Assembly (NCBI GenBank): GCA_049512315.1
Contig: JBEKXF010000032.1
Location: forward strand, 1-35,319
Length of the DNA: 35,319 nt
Origin: Candidatus Aminicenantales bacterium
GTDB taxonomy: Bacteria; Acidobacteriota; Aminicenantia; Aminicenantales; Saccharicenantaceae
Direction of reading: 5' to 3'
Positions 8,602-18,363 of this stretch are shown piece by piece. The notes beneath the pieces were generated by a model that was not told where the DNA came from, searched no databases, and saw nothing but the letters and a program-made list of their open reading frames with translations. The number at the start of each line of letters is the position of its first letter. Positions within the stretch are counted from its first letter, which is position 1. The position numbers and the translations under genes were made by a program.

Positions 8602-10776
8602 TCATCGGCTGCCGGCCCTGCCTCGGACGACCGTGATGGAGGCTTTCGGCAGAGTATAGACCGTCTTCGCGCCTGCGGTGATCCTTGCTTTCACAGGAGG
8701 GTTGTCCGGGTCCGCATGACCCTTCGCCCCTCCGGCACGCCAGACGTACTGGCCGGCGCCGTACGTGATCACGTCGACCGGCCCGGAGAGGAACCGGTCG
8801 CTCTTCGCTTGCGGGTCACGGAAGGTGATCGATACCGTATGGGCGCTCTCGCGGTCCTTGTTGACGAGAAGCAGGGACCACTGGCCGTCGGGACGCTCGA
8901 GGGCGTAGGCCGTGACCAGGAGGTTCCCGGAGGCGTCGCGGATCCCGCTCGAAGCCCGATAAACCCGGTGAGCGGCGTCCACGGGCTGGACCCATTCCTG
9001 GCTGAGAAGTCGTGAAGCGTAGTACTGGGCGAGATGTCCTTCCACCTGAAGGTCCGCGTCCACGTTAAAGAGCCCGAAAGACCCCCAGGAATCGTTACAG
9101 CCGGGATGGAGAGGCGACGGGATGTCGTGGAAAACGTAGCTGGCGTTTCCGCCGCCGGTCAGGAACGCGCCCGTATAGTCCGCGAACCAGAGCCCGCCCA
9201 TGATGTCCACGAATGTCTCGCCTGTCTGCCAGGACAGGTTGACCTCGGTGACGAACATCGGGACGTCCGGCGGCAGGCCGTCGTCCCGCCAGACCTGCAT
9301 GATGTGAGTGATGAGATCGGGCTCATTGTAGAGGTCGCTCCAGGACGTGTGGCACGGGTCATAGGGATAATGCTCGAACGACATGAAGGCCAGATCGCTC
9401 AGCCGGCCGTGGGCCTTCAGGTAGTCGATGAACCGGCCGAGCCAAGAGACTCGGCCCTCGGCGTCCGGCCAGACCTCGACGTCGCTGTTCACGCCCTGGA
9501 AAGACGGCCCTCCGAGCTTCAGCCCGGGATCGACCTGATGGATGGCCGAGGCGAACTGGAGATAGAGGGCCGCGTAATCCTCGGGCAGCATATACTGGCC
9601 GTCGGGTTCTTCGCCGAGCTCGACGAAGGACACCGGATAGCCCCTCTTCTTGAGATAGGCCATCTCGGCCGCGCCGTCTTCGGGAATCGAATAGATCACC
9701 GCCACTGGGACCATGGCCGGGAGCCCGCGGGTGATGCCGCAGGTGAAAAACAGGTCGAACCCGACCTGGTCGCCGAGCGTCTCGTCGAGGTCGGACTCGC
9801 GGTGCCAGGGGTCGACCGACGAGCAGAGCGTCGCGGACTGTTTCCCGTCGGGGGAGTGACGGACGACGTCCTCGAACCGGCCGTCCGCGGCCAGGCTCCC
9901 GGCGGCGAGCTCGCGGATTGCGTAGCCCACGGACTCGCGGCGGTCGGCCGAGCCCGGCGTCGCCGACGTATTGGAGGACACCGTCATCCAGAGGCGCAGG
10001 TATCGGACCTGGGCGGGCCGGGAGGCGAGGCGCATCGTGACCGTGCCGCCGCGGCCTTCCGTCACCGTCCCCAGCGGGAACGTCTGCCAGACGCCTTTCG
10101 TCGGAGCGTTCACGGGATCGGCGTCGCCCGTCCAGAACTGGACCTTGTAGCTTCGCGCATAAGGCTCGGCCCAGGCGATCTGCACGGCGTCGATCGGGAA
10201 CTTCTCGCCGAGGTCGAGCGTCACCCATTGCGGATGGAGCGAATCGTCCTCCCCGGTGAAGGCCCGGGTGAGATAGGGATGGCTCTTCCAGAATGTCCCG
10301 AGGTCGCCGTCGGTCAGGCGGGAGTAGCCGCGCTCGGTCCCGCTGTTCCGGGTGAAGCCGCGGCGGGGAAGCGGGTACGCGTACGAGTGCCTGATCATCT
10401 CCCCCGGTTCCGGGCTGCCCGTGAAGTAGCCCCGGCCGGACGGGTCGCTCCACGTCCCCTTCGGGTTCCAATGCCAGGCCTCGACGAAGAGCTCCGTGTT
10501 CTGGCGATAGGTCACGGACTGCCAGCCCGCCGACAGGATCTGCTTCAGCAGAGGCCCGCTGAGCGCCTTATCGGCGACCCCGAGCTTCAGCCGGTCGACG
10601 CCCGCCCCGAGCGCGCGCACCGGGCTGAAGGAGTTCACGACGTGCGACGGCGAGGCGTCGACGATGATTTTATCGAGCGGCTCCTGGGCCGACGACCCAC
10701 CGCCGATCCAGAGGACAACGGCGATCGAGGCCAGGAATGGGGCCAGAGATCTGAGCCTGCGTTTATTTGGGATCAT
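8602..10776 (-). CDS. Secreted discoidin (F5/8 type C, CBM32-like) domain protein with probable clan GH-A-like catalytic domain
   Basis: Signal peptide; LTDGD..TFWKS..QWVTLDLG..I.W..Y.VQ..RYLRL discoidin pattern; ELGEEPDG and MFVTEVN candidate catalytic Glu motifs; start ATG 10776 behind AAGGAGGAG. Confidence 0.72.
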   Translation of the reverse strand: MIPNKRRLRSLAPFLASIAVVLWIGGGSSAQEPLDKIIVDASPSHVVNSFSPVRALGAGVDRLKLGVADKALSGPLLKQILSAGWQSVTYRQNTELFVEAWHWNPKGTWSDPSGRGYFTGSPEPGEMIRHSYAYPLPRRGFTRNSGTERGYSRLTDGDLGTFWKSHPYLTRAFTGEDDSLHPQWVTLDLGEKFPIDAVQIAWAEPYARSYKVQFWTGDADPVNAPTKGVWQTFPLGTVTEGRGGTVTMRLASRPAQVRYLRLWMTVSSNTSATPGSADRRESVGYAIRELAAGSLAADGRFEDVVRHSPDGKQSATLCSSVDPWHRESDLDETLGDQVGFDLFFTCGITRGLPAMVPVAVIYSIPEDGAAEMAYLKKRGYPVSFVELGEEPDGQYMLPEDYAALYLQFASAIHQVDPGLKLGGPSFQGVNSDVEVWPDAEGRVSWLGRFIDYLKAHGRLSDLAFMSFEHYPYDPCHTSWSDLYNEPDLITHIMQVWRDDGLPPDVPMFVTEVNLSWQTGETFVDIMGGLWFADYTGAFLTGGGNASYVFHDIPSPLHPGCNDSWGSFGLFNVDADLQVEGHLAQYYASRLLSQEWVQPVDAAHRVYRASSGIRDASGNLLVTAYALERPDGQWSLLLVNKDRESAHTVSITFRDPQAKSDRFLSGPVDVITYGAGQYVWRAGGAKGHADPDNPPVKARITAGAKTVYTLPKASITVVRGRAGSR

Positions 10777-10809
10777 GGCTCCTCCTTCAAGCTGTCGGGT
10801 CGATCGGAG

Positions 10810-10839
10810 ATGGTAATTCATCAAAAGAAAGGTTGTCAA
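10810..10839 (-). promoter_or_regulatory. Putative promoter of the discoidin/GH gene
   Basis: TTGACA, 18 nt, TACCAT. Confidence 0.5.
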
Positions 10840-10922
10840 ACCCCGGACCGGCCGGCGGGGGCCTCGCCGGGGGGATTATCATTTTTCCTGGCGATTTGCT
10901 AGAATATTGATAGGAATACTAT

Positions 10923-12593
10923 ATGAGAATCGGCAGGCGCTCGATTTCCGGAAGGGCCGCGGCGGGGTTGCTGTCCGTCCTGGCTTTCGTCGGAGCCGGC
11001 GTCTGCCTGAAGGCCGGCCCCTTTGACCCCTGGGACCTTCGGGACGCCATCGACCGCCAGATCCACAGGAGCCCGGCAGAGCTCGTGGACCTCCCGGGGC
11101 ACGGGGCGCTTCCTTCCCGGATGGATCCGAAGCTCGTCCGCCTCTATCACGACCGGGACATGCTCCCTTATTGGGTGACCTCGGCGGGGCCAAACCTGAA
11201 GGCCGAGATCCTGCGCTCCGTCCTCGCCGCCGCCGACAGTCAGGGATTGAACCCGTCGGATTATGCCATCGACCAGATCAACCGGGCCTGGGACAGGAAG
11301 GGCGCCGAGAGCCTGGCCCGGCTGGAGTTGCTGCTCACCCTCGAGCTCGGCGAATATACGTCGGACCTCGTCGAAGGACGGCATCAGCCGAGGGATTTCG
11401 ACCCGAAGGCCTTCCCCACGGCCTGCGACTGCAACATCGATGAGGCAGACCTCGTCGAGAAGAGCCTGGCCGCCCCCGATTTCAAGGCCTTCCTGGAGGA
11501 CCAGGCGCCGCCCTTCCCCCAGTATCGCGGGCTGCGCGACCTCCTGGCCGCCTACCGCGGCATCGCCGCTCGGGGCGGCTGGCCCGAGGTCCCTCCGGGC
11601 CCCACGCTCAAACCGGGGGTGACGGACCCGCGCGTGGCCGCGGTCCGGCGCCGATTGAGCGTCACCGGCGAGTGGCCCGCCGGCGGTCCTCCAGACGGGA
11701 CTGCGTATGACGAGGCCCTGGCGGCGGCCGTCAAATGGTTCCAGCGGCATCACGGCCTCGACCCCGACGGAAACATCGGGGAGGCCACGCTGGCGGCTAT
11801 GAACGTCCCGGTCGGCAAGCGCATCAACCAGCTCATCGTCAACATGGAGAGCTGGCGCTGGGTGGGGCGCGACCACGGCGACTGGTGGCTCGCGGTCAAT
11901 ATCCCGAGCTTCGAGCTCACGGCCGTGCGCGGCGGCAAAAGCGAGCTCGTCATGTCGGTCATCGTCGGCGACGAATACCATATGACGCCCGTCTTCAGCG
12001 ACAGGCTCCGCTACGTCGAGGTCAACCCGTACTGGAATGTCCCCCTCAGCATCGCCCGGAAGGAAATGCTCCCCAAGCTCCGGAAAGACCCCTTTTACCT
12101 GAAGAAGGAGAGGATCCGGATGTTCAGGGGTTGGGGCGACAGCGCAGACGAGGTCGACTCCACGACCGTGGACTGGACGAAAGTCGGGCCCGACGACATG
12201 GGCCGCTGGCGCCTGCGACAGGACTTCGGGCCCGACAATTCCCTCGGGACGGTGGCCTTCAGCTTCCCGAACGCCTACGACGTTTTTCTCCACGATACGC
12301 CGGCGCGCGGCCTGTTCGGATTGCCGCAGAGGGCCTTCAGCCACGGCTGCATCCGGGTCTCCAGGGCCCAGGCGCTCGCCGCCTACGTCCTGGGCGGGCC
12401 GGACAAGGGCTGGACCGAAGACCGGGTCCGCAGCCTGGTCGCCGACGGCAAGCATGGGATCGTCCATCTCGAGTCGTCGCTGCCGATTTACATTCTTTAC
12501 AATACGGCGGTCGTTGACCCGGAGAGCCGCGAGGTGTATTTCTATCGCGACGTCTACGGCCGGGACGCCCTGCTCGAGAAAGCGATCTTCTGA
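10923..12593 (+). CDS. ldtD: L,D-transpeptidase LdtD/YcbB type (scaffold, PG-binding and YkuD domains)
   Basis: AVKWFQRHHGLDPDGNIG PG-binding motif, VNIPSF, VIVG..TP, NPYWNVP, FLHDTP...RAFSHGCIRV with catalytic His/Cys. Confidence 0.92.
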   Translation: MRIGRRSISGRAAAGLLSVLAFVGAGVCLKAGPFDPWDLRDAIDRQIHRSPAELVDLPGHGALPSRMDPKLVRLYHDRDMLPYWVTSAGPNLKAEILRSVLAAADSQGLNPSDYAIDQINRAWDRKGAESLARLELLLTLELGEYTSDLVEGRHQPRDFDPKAFPTACDCNIDEADLVEKSLAAPDFKAFLEDQAPPFPQYRGLRDLLAAYRGIAARGGWPEVPPGPTLKPGVTDPRVAAVRRRLSVTGEWPAGGPPDGTAYDEALAAAVKWFQRHHGLDPDGNIGEATLAAMNVPVGKRINQLIVNMESWRWVGRDHGDWWLAVNIPSFELTAVRGGKSELVMSVIVGDEYHMTPVFSDRLRYVEVNPYWNVPLSIARKEMLPKLRKDPFYLKKERIRMFRGWGDSADEVDSTTVDWTKVGPDDMGRWRLRQDFGPDNSLGTVAFSFPNAYDVFLHDTPARGLFGLPQRAFSHGCIRVSRAQALAAYVLGGPDKGWTEDRVRSLVADGKHGIVHLESSLPIYILYNTAVVDPESREVYFYRDVYGRDALLEKAIF

Positions 12594-12642
12594 CATGAGG
12601 GCCATGGAACGACAAAAGATGGAGTGGAGAGGAGGCACGATC

Positions 12643-13182
12643 TTGAAAACACTTATCGGATCCGTCCTCGCCGCGGCCCTGCTGGCCCTCGCTTTGCCGG
12701 TGCTGGTCGCGCCTCAGGAAACCGCTCCGGCGGCCGGGCCGGAGCGCGTGCTCTCCTTCTTCAACATCCACAACGGCGCTCATCTCTCCGTCGTCTATCG
12801 CCGCGGCGACGAATATCTGCCCGAGGGGCTGGCCGAGATCAACCACATCCTGCGCGACCCGGTCTGCGGAGACGAGCATCCCATCGATCCCGGCGTCCTC
12901 GATTTCCTATACGACCTGCTCGAAAAGCTCGATTATCGCGGTGAGGTCCAGGCTGTCTGCGGTTTCCGGTCGGTCGAGACCAACACGATGCTGCACAACA
13001 CGACCAGCGGCGTGGTGCTCAACAGCATGCATACCAAGGGCCGGGCCCTGGATTTCCGGCTGACGGGCCTCGACATGAAAAAAGTCTGGGAGGTCGCCCG
13101 ATCCATGAAGCGCGGCGGGACCGGATACTACAAGGGTTCCGATTTCGTCCACATCGACACCGGGCCCGTCCGGTTCTGGTGA
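12643..13182 (+). CDS. mepK: YcbK/MepK (DUF882, peptidase M15) 3-3 crosslink endopeptidase
   Basis: GFRS.ETN.ML..GV..NSMHTKGRALD, GYY..SDFVHIDTGPVRFW; conserved ycbB-ycbK pairing; start TTG 12643 behind AGAGGAGG. Confidence 0.9.
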   Translation: MKTLIGSVLAAALLALALPVLVAPQETAPAAGPERVLSFFNIHNGAHLSVVYRRGDEYLPEGLAEINHILRDPVCGDEHPIDPGVLDFLYDLLEKLDYRGEVQAVCGFRSVETNTMLHNTTSGVVLNSMHTKGRALDFRLTGLDMKKVWEVARSMKRGGTGYYKGSDFVHIDTGPVRFW

Positions 13183-13233
13183 CGGCGCGGCCATGAAGGC
13201 CGCCGAGCTCGTACGATCAATGAACGGCTGAGC

Positions 13234-14346
13234 TCAGTACCGCCCGAACTTCTCCACCAGCTCGGCCACCCGGCGGACGCGGCGCTCCAGGCCGTCCGGG
13301 GGGACCTGATCGGCGACGCCGAGCACGTAGCGGGGGCGGGAGGTCATGACCCGGAGGATCGCCCGGACGTGCCGCTCGAACTCGGCGTCTGAGACCTTGT
13401 CCGTGAAGTAAATGCCGGGAAGTCCGCCCCAGAGGACGGTCCGCTCATCGCGGCTCCACGCGGCCCATTTCTCGACCGCGAGGTCGCCGACCGGAGCGGG
13501 GGTCATGGCCTCGATGAAGGTGAAACCGGCGGCGCAGACCTGCCGGAGAAGCCCCCGGAGGGTGCCGTCGAGGTGGACGCATGAGGACTTCCCGGCCGCC
13601 GCGATCCGTCCAGCCCAGGTCTCATGGTAGTCGCGCATGTGGAGCTCATAAAACCTGGGGCCGACGACCTCGGAGGAGAGGTTCTCCGGGATCATGAGGA
13701 CTTCGGCCGGGCTCCCGACCGCGATCCGGGCGGCGGCGTCATGGGCCGGGCGCATCGCGGCCAGGGCTTCGGCCAGAAGCTCCGGCGCATCGGCGAAGAT
13801 CTCCGTGACCGGCACGATGCCCGCGTCCAGGGCGACCATCTGCATGAAGGGGCTCTTGGGAAGGTAACAGAGGACGACGCCTATCCCGCCAACCTGTTGT
13901 CGCCTCGACTCGGCAAACCCGAAATCCGGCTCGTAGCTTATGTTCTCGAACATGAAGCGATAGGCCTTGAGGTCGGCCGCGGATTTGATCAAGCGCTCGG
14001 TCGGGGCTTCGGAAAAAGAGTCGGGCAGCCAGGTCCAGGCTTCGGTCAGGACGCCGTGCGGCGTCTCGATCCTCCGGCGCCGGGCCCGTCCGTCGCGCCA
14101 TTCGGTGACCCGACAGCGTTCGATGATGGTTTTGAACGGAAAATAGCCCTGGAGGTAGAAGCCGACGCCGAGGTCCCGGTGCCATTCGATGTAGGCGGGG
14201 CTTTCCTTGAAATCTTTCGGCTTGAGGCCCCGGCCGATGAGTGACGTGGCCCAGTAATCCAGGTCCCCGAACCAGGGCACACGGTCGGGCGTCCCGCCGG
14301 CGAGCAGTGTCAGGACCCGTTCCCGCTCGGTCATCATGGGTTTCAT
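13234..14346 (-). CDS. Uroporphyrinogen decarboxylase (URO-D/CIMS) family protein, function unknown
   Basis: MTERERVL..L.G..PDRVP N-terminus, TPHG.L, VHLDG, LWGG, GVADQVPPD TIM-barrel pattern. Confidence 0.8.
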   Translation of the reverse strand: MKPMMTERERVLTLLAGGTPDRVPWFGDLDYWATSLIGRGLKPKDFKESPAYIEWHRDLGVGFYLQGYFPFKTIIERCRVTEWRDGRARRRRIETPHGVLTEAWTWLPDSFSEAPTERLIKSAADLKAYRFMFENISYEPDFGFAESRRQQVGGIGVVLCYLPKSPFMQMVALDAGIVPVTEIFADAPELLAEALAAMRPAHDAAARIAVGSPAEVLMIPENLSSEVVGPRFYELHMRDYHETWAGRIAAAGKSSCVHLDGTLRGLLRQVCAAGFTFIEAMTPAPVGDLAVEKWAAWSRDERTVLWGGLPGIYFTDKVSDAEFERHVRAILRVMTSRPRYVLGVADQVPPDGLERRVRRVAELVEKFGRY

Positions 14347-14429
14347 CCGTCAATCATGAATCAGAACAGAGCCCCGAATTTATCCTTAAGGGCGCAATAA
14401 AAAGTTGTTTATCGGCTATAAGACGCCAC

Positions 14430-15857
14430 CTATTTTTGGGCCTCGAACAGTGTCCAGGGGTGGGATTTCATGTCCTTGAGATATTTCTTCTGCCACCCGT
14501 ATTCCGGGTGCTTGACGAAGAACGGCGCGGCGATGAAGTCCTCGCCGCAGGGATGGCCCATCCTAGCCCAGAACTTCATATCCTTCGCGAGGGCAGCGCT
14601 CGTCACCTTGCCCTGGACGGCCCCGGCGGGGCAGTAGGGCGCCCAGGAAGGGGGCCAGCCTCTCGGATCGTTTTCGATATGGCCGCAGAGAATGTTGCCG
14701 TTGGACGCCTTGACGCCCGTACTCGAGTCGACATGGTCTTCTTCAAACCCTTTTCCGGCCTCGACATTGATCTTGCCCTTGTTCTCTTCCATCAGCCATT
14801 CCCAACGGGCCTTCCGGACATAGGTGCCTTGGGTCATATCCTTGGGGTCGAACGTCGTCTCCTCGGCGATGAGCTTTTCGTCGCTCGGGAAATTCGAACC
14901 GATAAAATAGCCGTCGCTTGTCCGCCAGACACGATGGTTTTTCAGGCCGAGCTCGAGCCTGGCGATCTCGTTCGTCTTGATATCGCCCACGAGCCAATCG
15001 TTGGCGTAGGCCCCGTTGCCGTCCGACGTCATGATCCGGATGAAATCGTCGATCGAGCCGGCGTACTGGGCGGCCTTTCTGGCCCGCCCGAATTCCGGAA
15101 TTCCATCTTCCTGGAACCCCTTGAACTTGTCGATCGTCGTCTCGGTATAGACCAGGCCGGCACCGTTGACGACAAAATCGTCGCCGCTGTGGATATAGCC
15201 GGGGAGGGCGTCCATCATGATCCGGTAACCCTTCTCGGGCCGGATGTCGAGGACGACGTTCCAGCGCTCGCCGATGATGTAATCGACCCAGTTGTTGTGA
15301 CCCATGACGATCCGGCCGTCTTCGGTATAGCGTCCCGTGGCGATGAACGCGCTGCAGCTTCCGGGCGCCCGGCTGGCGCCGGAGCCGGTTTTGAGTTTTT
15401 CCTCGAGATAGGGGACATAATAGGACGCGAGCTCGAGCCAGCCGTTGAGGATGGTGAGATCGATCTTGTCATAATGTGTGCCGGGGAGCCGGGCCTTCAG
15501 GCCTTCGGCGATGCCTTCGATCTCCTCCCGGTATTCGGGGTCGAGCCTGGGCCAGAACATGCGGCCGGCGGCCTCGCGGAAGAACGCCCAGTCTCGCTTG
15601 GCCGAGTTCTCGAGAAGGAGAGAGAGGGCCTTGAGCGTGTCATCAATCTCAGGACCGAGATGCCAACCGTGCTGGAAGCCGATCTCCCGCGGCTGTCCTT
15701 CGAGGCGGACATGGATCCAGCCGTGCCGAGTCTCCCGCATCGAGCCCTTGAGACGGGCTTCCTGGCTATCCGGCCCGGAGGCTGATAAACCGGCGGCGGA
15801 CAATAGCCATAACGTCACGCCCAAGGCTATGGTCAAAGACAAATATTTTCTTTTCAT
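14430..15857 (-). CDS. Secreted Ntn-hydrolase, C45/phospholipase B-like
   Basis: Signal peptide; G.P.EIGFQHG, EEIEGIAEG, autoprocessing site GS/CSAFIATG, GHNNW, ETT, NG.YANDW; start ATG 15857. Confidence 0.85.
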   Translation of the reverse strand: MKRKYLSLTIALGVTLWLLSAAGLSASGPDSQEARLKGSMRETRHGWIHVRLEGQPREIGFQHGWHLGPEIDDTLKALSLLLENSAKRDWAFFREAAGRMFWPRLDPEYREEIEGIAEGLKARLPGTHYDKIDLTILNGWLELASYYVPYLEEKLKTGSGASRAPGSCSAFIATGRYTEDGRIVMGHNNWVDYIIGERWNVVLDIRPEKGYRIMMDALPGYIHSGDDFVVNGAGLVYTETTIDKFKGFQEDGIPEFGRARKAAQYAGSIDDFIRIMTSDGNGAYANDWLVGDIKTNEIARLELGLKNHRVWRTSDGYFIGSNFPSDEKLIAEETTFDPKDMTQGTYVRKARWEWLMEENKGKINVEAGKGFEEDHVDSSTGVKASNGNILCGHIENDPRGWPPSWAPYCPAGAVQGKVTSAALAKDMKFWARMGHPCGEDFIAAPFFVKHPEYGWQKKYLKDMKSHPWTLFEAQK

Positions 15858-16085
15858 TTCTCCCTCGCTCTGATTGTCCCTATCGGTCATTCTAGCGATT
15901 TATCAAGATGCCGGCAACGGTCGGCGAAATTGAGCAACATTTTGGGTCATCACTGCGTTTGTAATATCCTGGCTGAAGAATCGACGGCCAGCCTCGGAAA
16001 TCATCTTGTCCGAGGCTCACGGCTGAAGTAGCATAGATCCATAACGTCGGAGGGCCTGGTGCCGCGCCCTCGGAGGAGGTTTCTC

Positions 16086-18233
16086 ATGGCCCGCAAAACC
16101 CGTATTTCGAACGGCATTGCTGCCGCGGTCATCTTCCTATTATTTATCGTTACGGTCGCAATGGCGGACGCCCCTGCCAAGCGCGTCCCGACGATCGAGG
16201 ACCTCCTGGCCCTCAAGTCCGCCGGCTCGCCCCAGATATCTCCCGACGGGACGAGGGTCGCCTATGCCGTGACGGAAGCTGATTTCGACCAGGACGCCTA
16301 CGTGACGCAGACCTGGCTGGCCGACGTCGCCACCGGCCGGACGATCCAGCTCACCCGCGGCAAAAAGTCCTCTTCGGGTCCCGGCTGGTCGCCCGACGGC
16401 CGCTGGCTGGCCTTCACCTCCACCCGGGCCGAGGATAAATCCCAGATCTTCGTCATCAATCCCGCCGCCGGGGAGGCCATCCAGATCACGAAATCCGAGA
16501 CGGGCGTTAACGGGTTCGATTGGTCTCCCGACGGAAATACGATCGCTTTCACCGCGACCGACCCCGAATCCAAGGAATCCAAGGACCGGAAGGACCGTTA
16601 CGGCGACTACGAAGTCGTGCGCAAGGAATACAGGCACGCGCACCTCTGGACCGTGGACGTGGCCGAAGCCCTCAAGACGCCTCAAGCCGGCCGGCGCCGG
16701 ACGTCGGGGAAGGACTTCACCGTAGGCGGCTTCTCGTGGGCGCCCGACGGGACGAAGATCGCCTTTAGCGCCACAGTCAACCCCGACCTCATCAACGGCG
16801 GCACGGCCGACATCTTCGTCCTCGACCTGGCCGGCGATTCGGTGAAGCGGATCGTGGCCCAGCCGGGCCCGGACAACGGTCCGGAGTGGTCGCCCGACGG
16901 CCGCTCGATCCTTTTTTCGAGCGCCATGGGGCACGCGGACTTTTTCGCCGGGAATTCGCGGCTGGCCGTCGTCCCGGCCGGGGGCGGCGCCGTTCGTTCG
17001 CTGACCGACGCGTTCGACGAAAGTCCGGGCTCCGCGTTCTGGCTGGAGGACGGGATCTATTTCTCGGCGCTCCAGAAAACGTCCAGCCACCTCTTCCGGC
17101 TCGACCCGTCGTCACTCAAAATAACCCGGCTCACCGAACCGGACAATGCCCTCATCGGAGGCGTCTCGTTCTCCCGCGACGGAAAGCGGCTGGCCTTCTC
17201 CGCCGCCTCCCCGACCACCCTCAGTGAGATCTATGTCTCCGATCTCCCGTTCAAGCCGCGGCTCCTGACCCGGATGACCGACCAGATCTCCGACTTCATC
17301 CTCGGGACCAGGGAGGTTATCTCCTGGAAAAGCCAGGACGGGACGATGATCGAAGGCGTGCTCATCAAGCCGGCGGACTTCGACGCCGCCAAAAAATATG
17401 CCCTGCTCTGCGTCATCCACGGCGGGCCGACGGGCGTCGACCGGCCGGCTCTTCTCTCCGGCGACACGCGGACCTATCCCTCGGACATTTGGGCCGCCCG
17501 TGGCGCCCTCGTCCTCAAGGTCAATTATCGCGGGAGCGCCGGCTACGGGGAGAAATTCCGGCGGCTCAACTACCGGAACCTCGGCGTCGGGGACGCCTGG
17601 GACGTCCTCTCGGGCGTCGACTATCTCGTGGCCAAGGGTTGGGTCGACCCGGCGCGTGTCGGTTGCATGGGCTGGAGCCAGGGCGGCTACATCTCGGCTT
17701 TCCTGACGACCTCGAGCCGGGCCTTCAAGGCGATCTCGGTCGGGGCCGGGATCTCGAACTGGGCGACGTATTACTACAACACCGACATCACGCCGTTCAC
17801 GATCCAGTATTTGGGCGCGGACCCGGCCATGGACCCGCAGGTCTACCTCAAGACCTCGCCCATGACCTACATCAAGAACGCGGTGACCCCGACCCTCATC
17901 CAGCACGGCGAGCTCGATCGCCGCGTCCCTATTCCGAACGCCTACGAACTCCGGCAGGGGCTCGAAAATCGGGGGGTTCCGGTGGAGATGGTCGTTTACA
18001 AAGGCTTCGGTCACGGCATCAACAAGCCCAAGGCGACGCGGGCCGTGACCCAGCACAACCTGGCCTGGTTCAATCATTACATCTTCGGCGACCCGAAGCC
18101 CGACCTGACGGCGCCGCCGCTCCCGGAAAGAGCCGGCGATAAAATGGGGGACGGGACCGCAAAAGCGGATTCAGTCTGTGCTGTTTTTATGAGCGGCTGG
18201 GCTAGCCCATTGCAATCAGCGCCTGAACAGTAA
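16086..18233 (+). CDS. Secreted S9C dipeptidyl/acylaminoacyl peptidase with PD40 beta-propeller
   Basis: WSPDG repeats, IHGGP, NYRGSAGYG, GWSQGG nucleophile, HGELDRRVP, GHG; start ATG 16086 behind GGAGGAGG. Confidence 0.95.
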   Translation: MARKTRISNGIAAAVIFLLFIVTVAMADAPAKRVPTIEDLLALKSAGSPQISPDGTRVAYAVTEADFDQDAYVTQTWLADVATGRTIQLTRGKKSSSGPGWSPDGRWLAFTSTRAEDKSQIFVINPAAGEAIQITKSETGVNGFDWSPDGNTIAFTATDPESKESKDRKDRYGDYEVVRKEYRHAHLWTVDVAEALKTPQAGRRRTSGKDFTVGGFSWAPDGTKIAFSATVNPDLINGGTADIFVLDLAGDSVKRIVAQPGPDNGPEWSPDGRSILFSSAMGHADFFAGNSRLAVVPAGGGAVRSLTDAFDESPGSAFWLEDGIYFSALQKTSSHLFRLDPSSLKITRLTEPDNALIGGVSFSRDGKRLAFSAASPTTLSEIYVSDLPFKPRLLTRMTDQISDFILGTREVISWKSQDGTMIEGVLIKPADFDAAKKYALLCVIHGGPTGVDRPALLSGDTRTYPSDIWAARGALVLKVNYRGSAGYGEKFRRLNYRNLGVGDAWDVLSGVDYLVAKGWVDPARVGCMGWSQGGYISAFLTTSSRAFKAISVGAGISNWATYYYNTDITPFTIQYLGADPAMDPQVYLKTSPMTYIKNAVTPTLIQHGELDRRVPIPNAYELRQGLENRGVPVEMVVYKGFGHGINKPKATRAVTQHNLAWFNHYIFGDPKPDLTAPPLPERAGDKMGDGTAKADSVCAVFMSGWASPLQSAPEQ

Positions 18234-18273
18234 ACACCTGTATCCCCCGACAACTGGCCGGGCTAACAGGCAC

Positions 18274-18363
18274 TCGGACCTCATCCCTGTAAAATAGTCC
18301 ACCTATAATGTGAGTTTTTTGGGAAATATCGTCCTTCCGAATGGACCAAGATCGGGACTATCA
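18274..18363. mobile_element. Miniature IS3-like end remnant
   Basis: CGGACCTCATCCCTGTAAAATAGTCCAC...ATGGACCAAGATCGGG; first 15 bp identical to 24610-24624. Confidence 0.45.

Noticed and set aside
9034..12638. Long antisense ORFs 9034..10902 and 10899..12638 (likewise 14241..15785 and 26283..28352)
   Set aside because: Shadow frames expected from high GC3 codon bias.
15990..16080. Hairpins upstream of the S9 gene (AGCCTCGGA..TCCGAGGCT and GAGGGC..GCCCTC) as a regulatory RNA
   Set aside because: Short GC-rich stems, no U-tract or known motif; expected by chance.
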